Source of the DNA: Tubiluchus corallicola | Lineage: Eukaryota > Animalia > Priapulida | DNA: 64,000 nucleotides | Direction of reading: 5' to 3' | Assembly (NCBI GenBank): GCA_030141605.1 | Contig: JAQGDQ010000036.1 | Coordinates: 62,001 to 126,000, forward strand | Shown: positions 41,201-54,700 of the stretch, one piece after another | Layout of the letters: every line of letters begins with the position of its first letter | Position numbering within the stretch: the stretch's first letter is position 1 | Made by a program: the position numbers and the translations under genes | Notes under the pieces: generated by a model | Databases searched by the model: none | What the model was told of the DNA's origin: nothing | Seen by the model: only the letters and a program-made list of their open reading frames with translations

Positions 41201-44200
41201 TTCTGGAAATTCGTCTAGTCTATAGAAAGCAGTGAAGTTTCAACTCATGTTTATTTCAATAGCTTGATATTTTGTTTAATTCATCCTTTATTTTTGTTTC
41301 AGGAATGTTCCATTGGCATTAATAATGGGCCAAGTTGTAATAATTACCATATACCTTCTGACCAACTTAGCTTATCATAGTTTAGTTACTGTAGAGGAAA
41401 TTCTTTCTGTATCTGCTGTAGCTGTGGTATGCACTGATGCTTCATTTTTTATAATAGTATGCTACTATTTTCAGAATAGTAGTGGATATTGTTTGAACTT
41501 ATTGATAATATGTATTAAATGTCTGCCAGTCGGTTGGCATTTTAAAGTAAATTACTGAGTGTTGGGACATTTACATTTAAGATGTAGTTTACTACAAATA
41601 CAATTACTCTCCTGAAAAGTAGTACTATCTCTACAATTGTTTTTTAAAAAACTGTTTATTACATTTGCAAGTACTCGTATATCGGTGTCGCTGGTACAGT
41701 GCCCACTATTTTCATTTTGCGACGATTTTTGAGCATCGTTGATATGGTACACTGCAAAATGTATGTGGCAAGTTAAAATGGCCAGTTAAACCCAAGTATA
41801 GACATAAATTGCACCATATCGTGTCAAGGTTTTAAGTAAGCAGTTTATTTTACGCAGGCACTTGCAGGTCATTCATACATTGTCAACAAGACAGCAGGTT
41901 ATTCCTTACAGCATTGGTCATATGACACTTTACTATTTTATGCCATGCGATAAACTACTGTTCAAACTTTTAGCATGTTTATTTGGTTTAAAAAAGTTGC
42001 TATCACTAAGCAACAAGTGTACACTTTTGGCAGAATATGTTTTCCAAGAGAAGACTCATGAATAACATTAATCAGCGAGGCGTGTGTTGCATTAAAGTCT
42101 TGCTCCACTGTACCTATAATCATTACAACTAAAAGTATGCAGTCACACAACTGGCTTAACCTGTAGATGTCTTCAGTTGCTATGAAAAACACAACTCGCT
42201 ACTTAGACAGTAACTGTCAACAGCAAAAGTTAACTGTAGTCCTGTAGTACCGTTATAGCCCTACTTAAAAAAAGTAGTGAAATTACAATTTACCACTATT
42301 TATTTTGAAAGTAGTGCTGCTATTCCAGCATTCAATATCACATACTTGTAGCCACATCACACCTGTTAGATAATCACATATTTGTAGAATTATACAATGT
42401 AAAGGAAATGCCTATAGAAAAATGTCTTATATGTTTTGAACACAGCACACAAAAAATGCCATAAAGATGTTTGTGCATATAAACATATTGTCAGTTTTTA
42501 TGGCCCACTTGTTTGTAAACATGTCATGAGCTTTGAAGTCATTTTATGTTTGCCTTCTTGCGATGAACTGGCACTTATTATATCTGTTTAATTAGTTATC
42601 AAGTAATTCTAGAAAAAAGTTCAAAATATATTTTAATAGTATGTGTGGAACTCTTTTAAGAGAATATAGTGTTTTTATAATTTTTACAGACTTTTGGCCA
42701 GAAGACATTTGGTGTAATGGCTTGGATAATACCTTGCTTTGTCAGCATTTCTGTTTTTGGTACTTTGAACTCTGGTTTGATGTGTCACAGTCGGTAATGT
42801 ATTTAATTTACTAGACATTTATATGCAAAGGGAGAATATATATATACATTTGTCTATATAATTTTCAGAAGATACTTCCTGATAATAAGACAGGTTCATG
42901 TCTTATAACCATTATTGCCTTAACTTAATAATATAAGAAAGTTTGTGTTTCAATTTATGTCATGCTCCTTGACAACTATGTACACAGTTTAGCAGTTGAA
43001 TTAACTCATTTTCAAGTTTCTGATGATTTTGGTTTTTCAAGTAGCAAGTGTCTCGTAAAATTTCTTTACGAGGATTTGTCACGAACGTAGAAAACAGGTG
43101 TCATTTTAACTACGGCTCACTACTGTACTACTTGCTACCATACTATTTTGATCATGTGTAATTTATATTTTGGCTTTTACATATTGATCATTTGTTACAG
43201 ATTTTTCTATGTGGCTGCTCAGGAAAAACATGCCCCAAGGTTCTTGTCTTTAGTGAATGTAGATAAATTTACTCCACAACCAGCACTTATTTGTTCTGTA
43301 AGTGTAGTCAGTGTCAGCGCATTCTTATTTTATGCATGCTTTGAGAATGTATATCAAATTGTAAAAAAGTAGACAAATTTAATAGGTTTATTTAGTTAAG
43401 GAATATGTTTTTTCAGTAATGGTGGGATCTGTTATTCATTAAAGCTTTATATTTTTTGGGAAATTAGTAAGAATTATTTTTGGTCACATAGAATTAGAGA
43501 TCTAATACATTTCTTCTAAATTTTAAAATAATTTAATTGAAACTTAGTATGTACATAAACCATGAAATTGCCATCCATTTTGCAAAAATTATGTATCAAC
43601 AATCACATGTTCTGCTTTTTATATTTCATTATTTATATTTCAGGGTATATTAGCTATGCTATGTGTATTCATGTCCAGTATTTATCAACTGATGAACTAC
43701 CTGCAGTTTTTGCTATGGTTTAATAATATCTTATTAGTGGTTGGTGTGCTTTGGTTTCGTTATAAATATCCATGCAAAAAGTCAATAAAGGTATGTTGTA
43801 AATGAGAGTTGGATACATTGCATCCATTATGATAATACAAAATTGCAGCTACTATATTTCTAAATTTCTGCATTATTTGAAACTTATATTTTCATTTTTT
43901 CCTTTTTTTCAGTTTCCAGTAGTTGGACATATTTTACTACTCTTTATTTGTGTGTTTCTTGTCATCTTGCCCTTCTGGAAAGAACCTTGGATGTGTATTA
44001 AAGGCATTCTTCTCATGTGTACTTCCATTCCGTGTTACCTTCTCTTCATAAGAGAATGGAAAACAAGACCTACTTTTTTAAAAAGACTTTATTGTTTTCA
44101 TGGTAAGATTGCAACAATATTTTCACTTTAACATTGTAATGTTTTTGCAAAAATATCTCACAGACACTGCAGGACAATTGTAATAATTAAACCTGTTATG

Positions 44201-44686
44201 GTAGTTTTTCTTGTCATACCATTCTTTGTGATAGTTACAAAAGTCTGCATTGTCTGACTAAGTTCAAGTGCAAGGACAGAACATATATCTCTAGGCGGGC
44301 CATTTTGATTCTATCTAAATGTCACAGTGTTTGACAATGGTCACATCAGCTTAGTTATGTGGAAGATTCTTTATAGGCTTACATGCCACATTTTTTTTCA
44401 ATTAGCTTGGTGTTTTGAAGATTATTTTTTGTACAATAACTTTTAAAGAGTGGTCAATTACTTTTTGTCTACTGCTTCTGAAAATACTAATCTGTTTAGC
44501 AGGTTTAATTTTTTTAAATTCGCTGTTGTAAGTTTTTTCTCACTTGTGGAGTTTTTTTGTTCAATAGATGATGTAGCAAAATTTCTTCAGTTATTTCTGG
44601 AAGTTACATACACGGATGCTGAACAATCATCAGTCACAACAATGCCTAGTGAAGAACATTTACTGTCTGATACTGACTTTGAATAG
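32208..44686 (+). CDS. SLC7 L-type amino acid transporter light chain (LAT/y+LAT/b0,+AT family), ~561 aa
   Basis: Ten phase-consistent exons: 32208-32841, 34857-34982, 36146-36245, 38754-38798, 41303-41426, 42690-42793, 43201-43297, 43644-43790, 43913-44102, 44568-44686 (TAG). Motifs LKREIG, IVGAGIFISPKGV, YVELAS.IPKSGGAYIY, FYGNC (heavy-chain disulfide Cys), WAYSGW, EEVQNPERNVPLA, TPQPAL. Acceptor at 32153 implies an upstream non-coding exon. Paralog not assignable. Confidence 0.94.
35215..35590 (+). repeat. Degenerate minisatellite of ggacatttggacac / caaggtaattttgacac units
   Basis: About 15 short imperfect units. A related inverted array (gtgcccaaatgtc) at 33795-33873 suggests transposon sub-terminal repeats. 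Confidence 0.75.
37152..38678. mobile_element. TIR-bounded non-autonomous DNA element (~1.5 kb) in an SLC7 intron
   Basis: ggtaatgtcagccacc (37155-37170) is the inverse of gatggctgacattacc (38661-38676) at 15/16. Related motif copies occur at ~38225 and ~38641. Superfamily uncertain. Confidence 0.5.
39800..40130 (-). mobile_element. Academ-like transposon coding relic (end of nuclease region plus Cys-rich finger), frameshifted
   Basis: Minus-strand frames join to LLEHARSVVYQA.W, LPSSFNWGW and LIKCCCHRG/CFGKCKC/CSALCK, the pattern I associate with the Academ C-terminus. Flanks (~38908-40830) contain aaaatggc(t/a)gcca motifs. Confidence 0.55.
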
Positions 44687-47360
44687 ACTCATTATCAGCA
44701 CTCAAGTACAAGGTACATGATGTTTCTGTTTGCCTTTAAAGTTTTCTTTTTTGCTGAATCTTCAAAATTTTATCTATATCTGTATAAGTGATTCTCTGGA
44801 CATGTGTTAAAACATGGTACTGATATTACAGTTTTTCTTTTTTAGTAGGTGATGAGTGTAAACACTTTTTCCGTTTATTTAACCCCAACGAGTACCTGCG
44901 CGAAATAGCCAGTTTTAGCACATTAATGCTGTGTCATTAGTGCATTAACACAGCACTATTTCTTCTAACTTGTACAGTATTGTCGGTACTTGTCAAAACA
45001 TATTATCTTATGTTTTTTCTGCTCATACACACAGCCAAACTGCATCAACTAGCTAAAAAATTTTAACGTTATTTGGTCATAATTATCCAATTTGTCTAAT
45101 ATAAATTTGTTTTACTATAAATACAATAAATTATAATAACAATTGAAATTTCCATAATTGTTACAACTCTGCCATTTTGTTAGGACCAATATTGATTACA
45201 GTTGAGGCCTTGACGGAAAATGTAAAGTGGATAGAACATTGATGAATGAAACTTTTCATAAAGCTTGTATCGTTCCTAAACACCTTTACTAATAAAGGTA
45301 ACATTAATTACAGTAGTCGTTGCTTAATGATGCTAATGCGTTCCAGCAGAATGCAGTGCTAAAAGAATTGTTGTCTAAATGAAAAAACCACACCATGGAA
45401 AGCATGCAGATGCATTCCAGGAGTAACAGTCACTAATTTTTAGCTCGGATAAATCGATCATCTTGTGAGTGTTATTGCTTACTTTTAAATGTGTTACTTG
45501 TTTACTAATAGACAAAGATTAACTATATATTGTAATGCGTTTACATAGTTTACCTAAAATAACACATATAGTGATTTTGTTACCTATCCGTTTTGACATA
45601 ATTCGTTCAAAACATGGTTTTCGTGCTTTCTCCTCTGGTGAAACTACGTAACCTGAGCCTTGTTTGTTGCAATTGTGATCTATCTTTAGGGTTGACAGGG
45701 ATCACTTAAGAACTTTGCTAATATTTATTACTCTGCCTTCCTCTATGGTAGTATACTGACTGGTATAAGACAAGTAAATCAAGAGGTTGGCTCTGCCTTG
45801 GGATTATAGTAAAATGTTTTATTTATAATATGCATTTCCTAAGTATGTAGTCCTTGTATTTATCTTTTTGAGTGTTAATCCACGGTATTGAAAGCAAGAG
45901 TTAATATCTCACTTTTACATAACAAGTACTGTTAACATACTAAATGCCTTCTTTCTAAAAATATATGTTATATTTTTATTGTATGTAAACAGAAAAATAT
46001 TAAAATGAATGACACTGCACTTGTAGTTAGATTTCAAATACTAGCTATATTTTCCAGTTTTTGTGATTACAATGAATTATGTTTAACTATTAGGTTATCT
46101 ATTTATATAGGAGTGTGAAAACACAAAATATACTTGTAAACCAATAGAAGCAATTCCTTTTTAAAATGTATAAATGCCTTTAAAACTGTGGACTTTAAAA
46201 TTAAGTGATCTGTGTGAAGAACTTCAGCGAGAAAAATTCGAATCTCTTTGCAATCTTCAAACAAATTAGCAATTATTATCACTCACTAGGTGTAATTTTG
46301 CAGAACATAATTTTGAGTATGTACAAACCAAAAGAGATTATATTTTGTAAGCTACGTATTTTTAAAAGTAAGAAGTCTATTTTCTATTTATAAGGTGATC
46401 AGTACTATTAGATTGTACAGTGTTTTAGAAACATGAATTTTGATGGTTATTTTTATACAAGCTTTTATATTTATAAAATATCCTAAACAGGGCCGTCGAG
46501 AGCCATTGTGAGCCCCGGGTCACCAAGCATTAAAGGCCCCACTTCAAGTGGCAAAACATTACATAAAGCTGAACTAAATACACAAATGGCACCATTAATG
46601 TTGTAACGTAAGAACCTAAGACATTGATGCTGTGATATTTTGAAACTAAATTAACTAATTCTCCATTATTTCCAATGCCTCCACCAATCAAAAAGGTACT
46701 ACTGTTAAGAGAAAAGATGGAGAAAGGCCAAGAAGAAATTGCAAATCCACACAAACAACTTTATGAAGAAAAAACTTTAGGAGCTCTATATAGCTTGTAA
46801 ACTTACAGATGGTGTAGTACAATGCCAAGTGACAGAAAAAGTAAAGTTATGTTACTCCAAAACATTTCATTCACTGATAAATGTCTTTCAGTGGTAATCC
46901 TGATGGTTTCTCTTATTACTACCCATAGGCATTAGTCAAAGAATGGATTGTATTTGGGTAACATAGCTTTATTTTTTCTGTCATTTGACATCATACTACA
47001 ATTATAAGTTTACAATTTAGTATTTGTTTTGTTTGCTTTTCACAAGGTGGATTTTTGCAGTTTTCGTGTACTGTATTTTTATTAGGTGGATTGTTGCCAT
47101 GTTATGGTCAAAACCTGTACTTACGTGGGTACTGGCTGTTATTTTCATTTTAATTTATTAACTTTTAATTGTAAATATTTTCATATTCGTAACGTGTAAA
47201 AATATGTAACTAGTTTTGCATCAGTAAATGACAAGGTAAAAATTAATGTACATTTGCATAAATTTGACTTGCAGTTGTTTCTGCTAAACCAGTTTCTCTT
47301 ACTCCTGCCTGACTAAGTCAGTTTGCAAATTAAATTTTACTAACATACTGGATAAGATAA

Positions 47361-47926
47361 ATTTATTTATTTAGTAATTTTTTCTTTTATCATGTTTTGT
47401 GTATTGCACAATATTCATAGTTATTGTCTTTATTGCTCAATATTTTAGTAGGTAAATACCTACATATATCTCCACATATTAAGTTATTTACCGTTTCATA
47501 TAAACACATGTTTACTTTATTTTTTCTACTTGTTGGGTACGATGTATTATGGTGTAGCGGCTGTGATTTAGGCCTTTATTTCTATTGTTATGATCATGCA
47601 TTAAAAGTGAATACTTTAAATCAATGCTTGTAGAGTTTTGATTATTTATTTATTTAGTAATTTTTTCTTTTATCATGTTTTGTGTATTGCACAATATTCA
47701 TAGTTATTGTCTTTATTGCTCAATATTTTAGTAGGTAAATACCTACATATATCTCCACATATTAAGTTATTTACCGTTTCATATAAACACATGTTTACTT
47801 TATTTTTTCTACTTGTTGGGTACGATGTATTATGGTGTAGCGGCTGTGATTTAGGCCTTTATTTCTATTGTTATGATCATGCATTAAAAGTGAATACTTT
47901 AAATCAATGCTTGTAGAGTTTTGATT
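47361..47926 (+). repeat. Perfect head-to-tail 283-bp tandem duplication
   Basis: 47361-47643 equals 47644-47926; identical 69-aa ORFs at 47424 and 47707 are offset by 283 nt. Confidence 0.96.
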
Positions 47927-48785
47927 CTTCTGTGCAGTGTTTCCTTAACTGTATATTTTCCCAAAAACTTTAACAACAGGCTTTGTTTTTTAGAATAATG
48001 TTAAAACTCAAAAGTAATAATGCATTTTATTACAGTTGTTAAGCATATTTCATGACACAACTCTAAAAGCAGCGGTTCTTCAGGAATACACTTTTTAAAT
48101 AATTTAAAGCAAAACAGGACGATTTTTCATATGCTACTCCATTTTGAAGTTCGGTAAAATGTATACATTTTAACCAACAAAATAATGCCAAAGATTTTCT
48201 GATAATTGAATTACAGGTTAAAAACTTAATTAACAGCAGGCGAGCCCAGCTAGTGATGACCTCACAAACGAACACAATTTTCAACAGCACAAATATTCCG
48301 TGAGCGTGTTTATGAAAGCAAAAATTGAAGTACAGTACTACTATACAAGATTCAGTGTAATATACAAAAACTCGTATATATACATATACTACATATACAT
48401 AAATTGAAATTTTATATTTACCGCCATGCTCATGCATGAGCTCTCGAGCTTGTATATTATGTCAGAAATGAACAGCTCTGGACTAAGAGGTACAGCACCT
48501 GTTTTTCATGCAACACGTTTCCGAAATGCAGGTGTTCATTGCCATCTAACTAATGAATGGCGAAATGCATGTAACTGCGAAGAACTAGCCACTGGAACAC
48601 AAAGTTACTTTTGTGTGGTAATAATTCTTTCATGTAAATCATTCTTTAAAAAAATAGTATGTTCTCTTTCAATATTTTAAAGAGTAGATTGTTTTGGCCT
48701 ATAGTTTATGATTGGGTCGGGTTTTCCTTTAAACTTGCAGTGCATTTTGGTTTTTGCTAGATCTGTTGTCATTGTGTATTTATTG

Positions 48786-51017
48786 CTACCAGGGAAAGTA
48801 TTGCACTGGAGCATAACTGTGGCCAAACCGCCGTTCATCTGTGAAGTTTATACTTGTGTTACCTGAAAGAAAAATATCTGTCAGTATTAATTTTAGTGAA
48901 TGTGTAGCTGTGGTTCTACCACACATTTTTTGGGTTGACTCAATTAAATCAATACACTTCACGCTTCCAGTCTAGGATATGGTAGACATTTATAGAATGA
49001 TAGAGAACACGTTACTATCTAAAATAATATTGAGGCTTACCTCAACACTAGAAGAATGTTTACAGCTCCACTGAGCTACACAATTTGGTCGGATAGCCAA
49101 CTAACTGAAAGTATCCTATTGATGTGGGGCAAGCTACCTGGTTGAGACTGTAAACAGGTCTCTCTTTGGTAATGTTTGCTCAGTTTAACCAGTTTAATAC
49201 TCTATAGAAAGGACAACTTTTTTGCTGAATTGGATAAGCTTTGTTTCTAATTTGTTTATTTAATCCATTATGATCCTTCACACAGGAAATCTTTCAGGAG
49301 ATCTTTATTGGAATTGAAATAATAAAGATTACACTTATTCCCTAATTTTTTTAGCTTTTGAAGTTCTATTTTGTCTAAAACATACTTTTATCTGTCACTA
49401 CAATTAAAAATTTTCTAATTCCTCATTTGCTATTGCAATATAATTGCAGTATTAAGAAATAATTAAGAAAGTAAGTGAATAAAATGAATTAAATAAACTG
49501 AATTTGAAATAAATAACTATAAGAATGGCTCAGCTTCAAATTATCGATAATTAATGTACGGCAAAGAATTTCAATAAATCCAAGGGAATTTTTCATTCAA
49601 TCTGAATTGCACAATTTTGTATTTCCTGTAAACTCCAAATTCCATAGCCAAAAAAAGCTTTGAACAGTGAAGAATTCCCAATTTTTATTTTATGCGTTGT
49701 TTATTTTTACTTACCCCATGCTTTTCCCTTCACGTAATTGTTATTTTTATGTTTGCCGTAGAAATCAGAGAAGTAGTTCTTTTGCGTTGTTTGTGTCTTT
49801 CCAACAGTATTATAGTTATTGTTGTAGAAGTTATTATTATTGTTATCTCTGTACACACTGTTGTCTTTGTAAAGGTCCTTGCCATGTTTGTTATGAAAAC
49901 CTTCTTGATGTTTTTTTGCAAATATTCTGCCATGTAACTTGTTGTGACGGTTGTTTAGAATTGGTGATGGTGGTGGATGATGGATTAGTCCACCATATGC
50001 ACCTGCAGGAGGGTAAGGTGCTCGTCCTTCTGCTTGTATAACTGGATGGTATGCTTCGCTTCCATGAATTCTTTTGTCTGGATGTAGCTCTCTGTTGTGT
50101 GGCAAAGGACCCAATTGTTGTTGGTAGGCATTTTGTCTAGGTATTTCATTAGGAATACTTCGATATCCTATTCGTTCATTTAAGCCGTGATGATTTCTCT
50201 GATGTGCTCGTCCATAATTAACTGAATCTTGATGTAGTCTTGCTTCATAAGCTCTTCCTGCATGAGTTAATGGTAGTTTATGGACATACCCCAGAGTATT
50301 GTCTTTGTCTTGGTAGCCATCAGTTCTATAAGGTTTGTATCTTACTTGATTTAATCTATTTAAGGGATTTGCATAATTTTGTACAGCGTCAATCCTATCT
50401 TCATATGCTTTTGTATTCAGTCTGCCTGAATAGTATGTTCCATCTGCATTGGTTCTGCCTGGATGTGATGCATGGGTGCTACTTCTACCAGTATATGCAG
50501 GAGTATTTACATTTCTAACTGAGCTGCCATACATTCCACTACCAGCATATACGGCTCTACCTTCATGTCTACCCAGATTTTGTCTTCTGTGCTGTCTTGT
50601 TTCTTGAGATCTGTTGTCATGATATTTTGTTGGGTAACCTTCCCTATATACACCGGTTCTTCCTGGCCTTTTGTGGCCATATCTACCCAAGTCACTTGTC
50701 TTGCTTGCATGATGAACTGAATTTGGATGACCATATGCAGTTCGTCCGTTATTATAAACTGTACCTTGGGTGGTATCATATCCTGCAAATTATGCAAATT
50801 TTTACAATGTTAGTTTTATGCTTTTTTACGAAAAAACAATAGTGTTACTTCTAAATTTTTTACTTACCTACTTCAATTCAGTTTTATTTGCACAAATACA
50901 TACAATGTACATTGGCAAAGCAATACACGTTAACTGCTACATAAACCACATATATATATATATATATTTCACAAAAGGCGGTACAATTTTTTTAACTACA
51001 CTAGTTTCACTCATATG

Positions 51018-51049
<32 letters not shown>

Positions 51050-51708
51050 TGCGTGTGTGTACCACCTTTTGTGAAAAAAATATCAATGTGATTACAGATG
51101 CAGAACTCATCGGCTAGGTTTATACATCAAACACATTGCAATTTTAATATATTTTGATTACGTCAGAGATTTTTGCATTTGCGCTACACTTGCGGATATT
51201 ATATTCTCTGATTATGCTAGCGTTGTTCCCCCACCCACGCAATGATGTAATAATAAGCCCTAGAGAAATGCGCGACATCAGAATGTCGATAATCCACATT
51301 TTTTCAGACATAAGCTATATCGATGGAGTATTAATCAGGATCAATGTTAGACGTGCACAACGCTCACAGCAGCATAAACTGTTCCACTGTAAGGGGCAAG
51401 GCATTTGGGCTTGGCCGCGTAATCGTACTTTTTCTGCAACTTATATAAGGAGTCCGAATATCGATATCAGTCATTTGCTCGTCGGTATAGTGAATTTCAA
51501 AATTGGTAAAACTGATTCGTGACATTCATATTATTTGAACCAACAAAATTTTATAAAATTGACGTGCCTAGGCCCATATGAAGCTTATCGTTACGTGCTA
51601 ATGATATTTTACGTACATGTAGTACTTACTAGAATTGAAACCGAGTTGTCGTTGTTGCTCGTATCCGTTTGTTTGATCATGAATGCGATAAGCAGAAATG
51701 AGGGTCCA
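48786..51708 (-). CDS. Unrecognised low-complexity Tyr/His/Arg/Gly/Asn-rich protein (at least ~407 aa); 5' exon(s) unresolved
   Basis: Exons 51708-51630 (tttag|WTLISAYRIHDQTNGYEQ..|gtaagt), 50782-49715 (1068 nt open, ttgcag|..|gtaagt) and 48862-48786 (ttcag|GNTSINFTDERRFGHSYAPVQYFPW*), with matching phases. A >1-kb open frame is unlikely by chance in this AT-rich DNA. Confidence 0.78.
51015..51060. repeat. (GT)n(GCGT)n microsatellite, possibly within a Helentron-type (DINE/HINE-like) relic at ~50985-51535
   Basis: Microsatellite directly visible. The T-run start and weak sub-terminal inverted motif are only suggestive of the larger element. Confidence 0.7.
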
Positions 51709-54700
51709 CTAAAATAAAATATAAGCAAGTCGGTTAAACAACTAAGTGTAAAACTAAAAAACTACGATCTCTTATTATCTCGATTTAATCGCGAATTAAA
51801 GCCAATTTTATGCGTTCTTCTTTTGTAACCGGAGCAACATTAGCTTTTATTTGACCTGTGATTTGTATTCAGACAGCGTATATATCATGCAGCCCATAAA
51901 AATAATTTTTTGAAAACTACTTTCTCACATTTTCCCTAAACTAATCATTAAAATATTGATGTTAACTTTGTGTTACGTGTGAATTTTATGCCTGATAAAA
52001 AAACATTATTGGGGTACTTAACTATTTTAAATGTTTAAAAATATTCGAAGTTTTCTTCTAATGAAGTCTTAACTGAATTACGTCAATTTTGTACGTTTGT
52101 AGAGCAATCTTATTTTATACAATACTACTGGAACTTCAAATACGGGTGTGGAATATTAATGCTCTAAACTGGGGGAATTAATCGCTTATGCTTGCTAAGA
52201 AATTGAATATTTGTTGTTGTTATTTTATTAGACAACCTGCATGTGTAATTACACATGCTTCTTGGCTCGCAAAACACCGCAGTGACGCATACCACAGCAA
52301 CTACTTGTGTACGCGGTTCACAACCAGTAAGCAACCAGTGGTCTATGCGTACTTTTCACGTGAGCCATGCTGCTTGAATCTTTATTTTTTTCTTATATTA
52401 CCATTTTTGTGAATTAAAGGAAAGTTCTGTCAAAAGTGGAAAATTATATAAAAAACAATTGGCCCCTTCCAATGAAAACTTCATTTTAGTTCAATTTCCA
52501 TTCATCGTCCTTTATTTTTATATTTGTAACAATACAGGGAACAACATGCGATCTGCTCAAAGTCTAGGTGGTCCGTAGATTGTATAGTCAACTGCGGTTC
52601 TTTTCTTCCGAAACCCAACTGGGCCGTGGGCCAAGAAAAGTTTGGAACCTCTTATCTGGTCTAGACTGTAGATCATATCACATGACAGTGAAGCGCCTGT
52701 GAAGGCTTGAGGTTACCGAAGCCTAGCTACGCTCCCACAGTGCATATTATCAAAGTTAAAAGCAGTTTTATAAATTCTATTTTATGCTTTTAAGATAACA
52801 CAATGTCAAGGAAATTACAATTTTTTTAATTAAATAATATTTTCTCACACTTGTATTCATTATAATCAATATAAAAACACTTACAGATTTTACGACGAGA
52901 ATTGCTCCGAATATCAGAAGACTGCCCATTTTTCTCACCATTGTATTTTAACAACAAATATATGTCAAATATGACAAGCGAGAAATAGAAAAACCCTATA
53001 GGCTACTCTTATTTACGGAATTCTACAATCACAAGCATCGCTTCAGTAGCACCAATAATCTCACGTATAGGATCATTAGCGTTTCGTCTTTTTAATAAGT
53101 ACTTTATCCTCTTGCTCTACTAATCAGACTAAATCAGCGGTTATCTGCATACTTGACAAGGCATACCCTGCGATGGTCATCAAGCTGACAGGTGTACCTT
53201 GACAATGATGTATATTCCACCGTCACTGAATTCATTTAAGTTAGCGCATAGCGTTATAAGGTTTGTGCTTACTATGAAAATCAGAAATCCATAAGACTTT
53301 AATTTTTTATCTGCGCCTGAATTAGCAAAAGTCATGGATGCCGCCAGAGTTTAAAAAAAAGTTGAAAAAGGCGGAGCCCCGGCCACCAACGCATTTTCCT
53401 GTTTTTAAGCACATTTTGCAGGCCTCAAATGGAATATTAAATGCTGGTACGTAGTATTCCTCAAACGTGAAAAATTCTGCTTTAATAAATATATTTTACC
53501 AACATTTACCTAGGTAATATTCATTGTATTACAAGTTCGTAATACCCTGCTACGGATGACTCATTACTTAAGGTTAATTTATTTAGCGTTAAGATTATCT
53601 ACCCAGCAAGAATATGGATAATCAAACATAAAACTAATTTGAGACTGTTAAATTGACAGCCCACTTACTATTCATACAAAATTTAATAAGTTGCGTGGTG
53701 CGTGCTAATTTTTCCCACCAGACACAGCTAAACGGCAGAACGTCTCGGGCACACGTGCATTTTAGAACATTTTCCGATTGCTAGAAGCTATTTCCCCAGA
53801 CAAGTTCACTAGTTTAAAACTCATCATTGCACAAACAAACAAGGGTTCACGTATTTCTTGGTTTACAGCAGCTAACAAATTTTATTTAGCCATGAAAAAT
53901 TTTAATTTAAGAAATTTCGTGGGCGCACGTGCGTCAGTCTCTAGCCGCCGGGCAAAAATACTAAGGTCTAACTGCACTGTACCGGTTGGTCCTAACTCGT
54001 TGTGCCCATTTAAATAAAATTCTATTACACTGGTGGCCCAGAGTGATGGCCCATACTTCTGCCGAGTATATAAGGCGACTGTAACTAAAATTTAATGTTG
54101 GTAAGTAATAATGTTATGTAACCGGGTGTATCTAATGTCGAAAAATGCGTATAATTCATGCGCGTTTAATATGCTAACGTTATGTGCATTTAATGATATC
54201 CTAGTATCTAGTCCATTAATCCTATCTGTCCCTCATATTCGCAGTTAAGGGTGATTAATTTTTATTAATTTACTGTAACGTGTAAACGATTTCTTTGACA
54301 ACTGGCATTTAATATCTTTAGCACAAAGTTTGCAAGTTATGGGATGCGAAAGTGAAACCCAATGCGTGGCCGGTGTATGTAGGCAACACTACTTAACATT
54401 AATAAACACTAGATTAAACGTCACTTTGATTTTAATCAGAGAAAAGATAGTGATCTTTTACTAATTAATATTTACACTTAGTACGCAATAGTGCACAGCA
54501 TGGCCAACTTTCAGTTTTCAGTTCGCTTGATTGATTGTGCAATGCAAATTAATTCTATTATCAGAGCGATTCAGATAATTTACCTGTGTTATTATTCAGT
54601 GCGTTATGGACTTGTGAAATTGTCATTACCACCGTTGAATAGTTTGCAGGTATTCAGTTTTTGTCATCGATGCATTTCACTTTTCGTGTTCCGTGACATG

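Noticed and set aside
47424-47916. Two identical 69-aa ORFs as duplicated small genes
   Set aside because: TTG-started ORFs in AT-rich DNA that exist twice only because of the 283-bp duplication.
48780-48788. TAG-CAA stop context suggesting readthrough in the orphan gene
   Set aside because: A TAA follows one codon later, so readthrough would add only two residues.
49667-50842. Several plus-strand hydrophobic or Cys-rich ORFs
   Set aside because: Antisense shadows of the minus-strand low-complexity exon.
54067-54106. TATATAAG followed by a GTAAGT donor on the plus strand, suggesting a hidden gene
   Set aside because: The spacing would leave a first exon of only a few nt, and no downstream coding exon was found.
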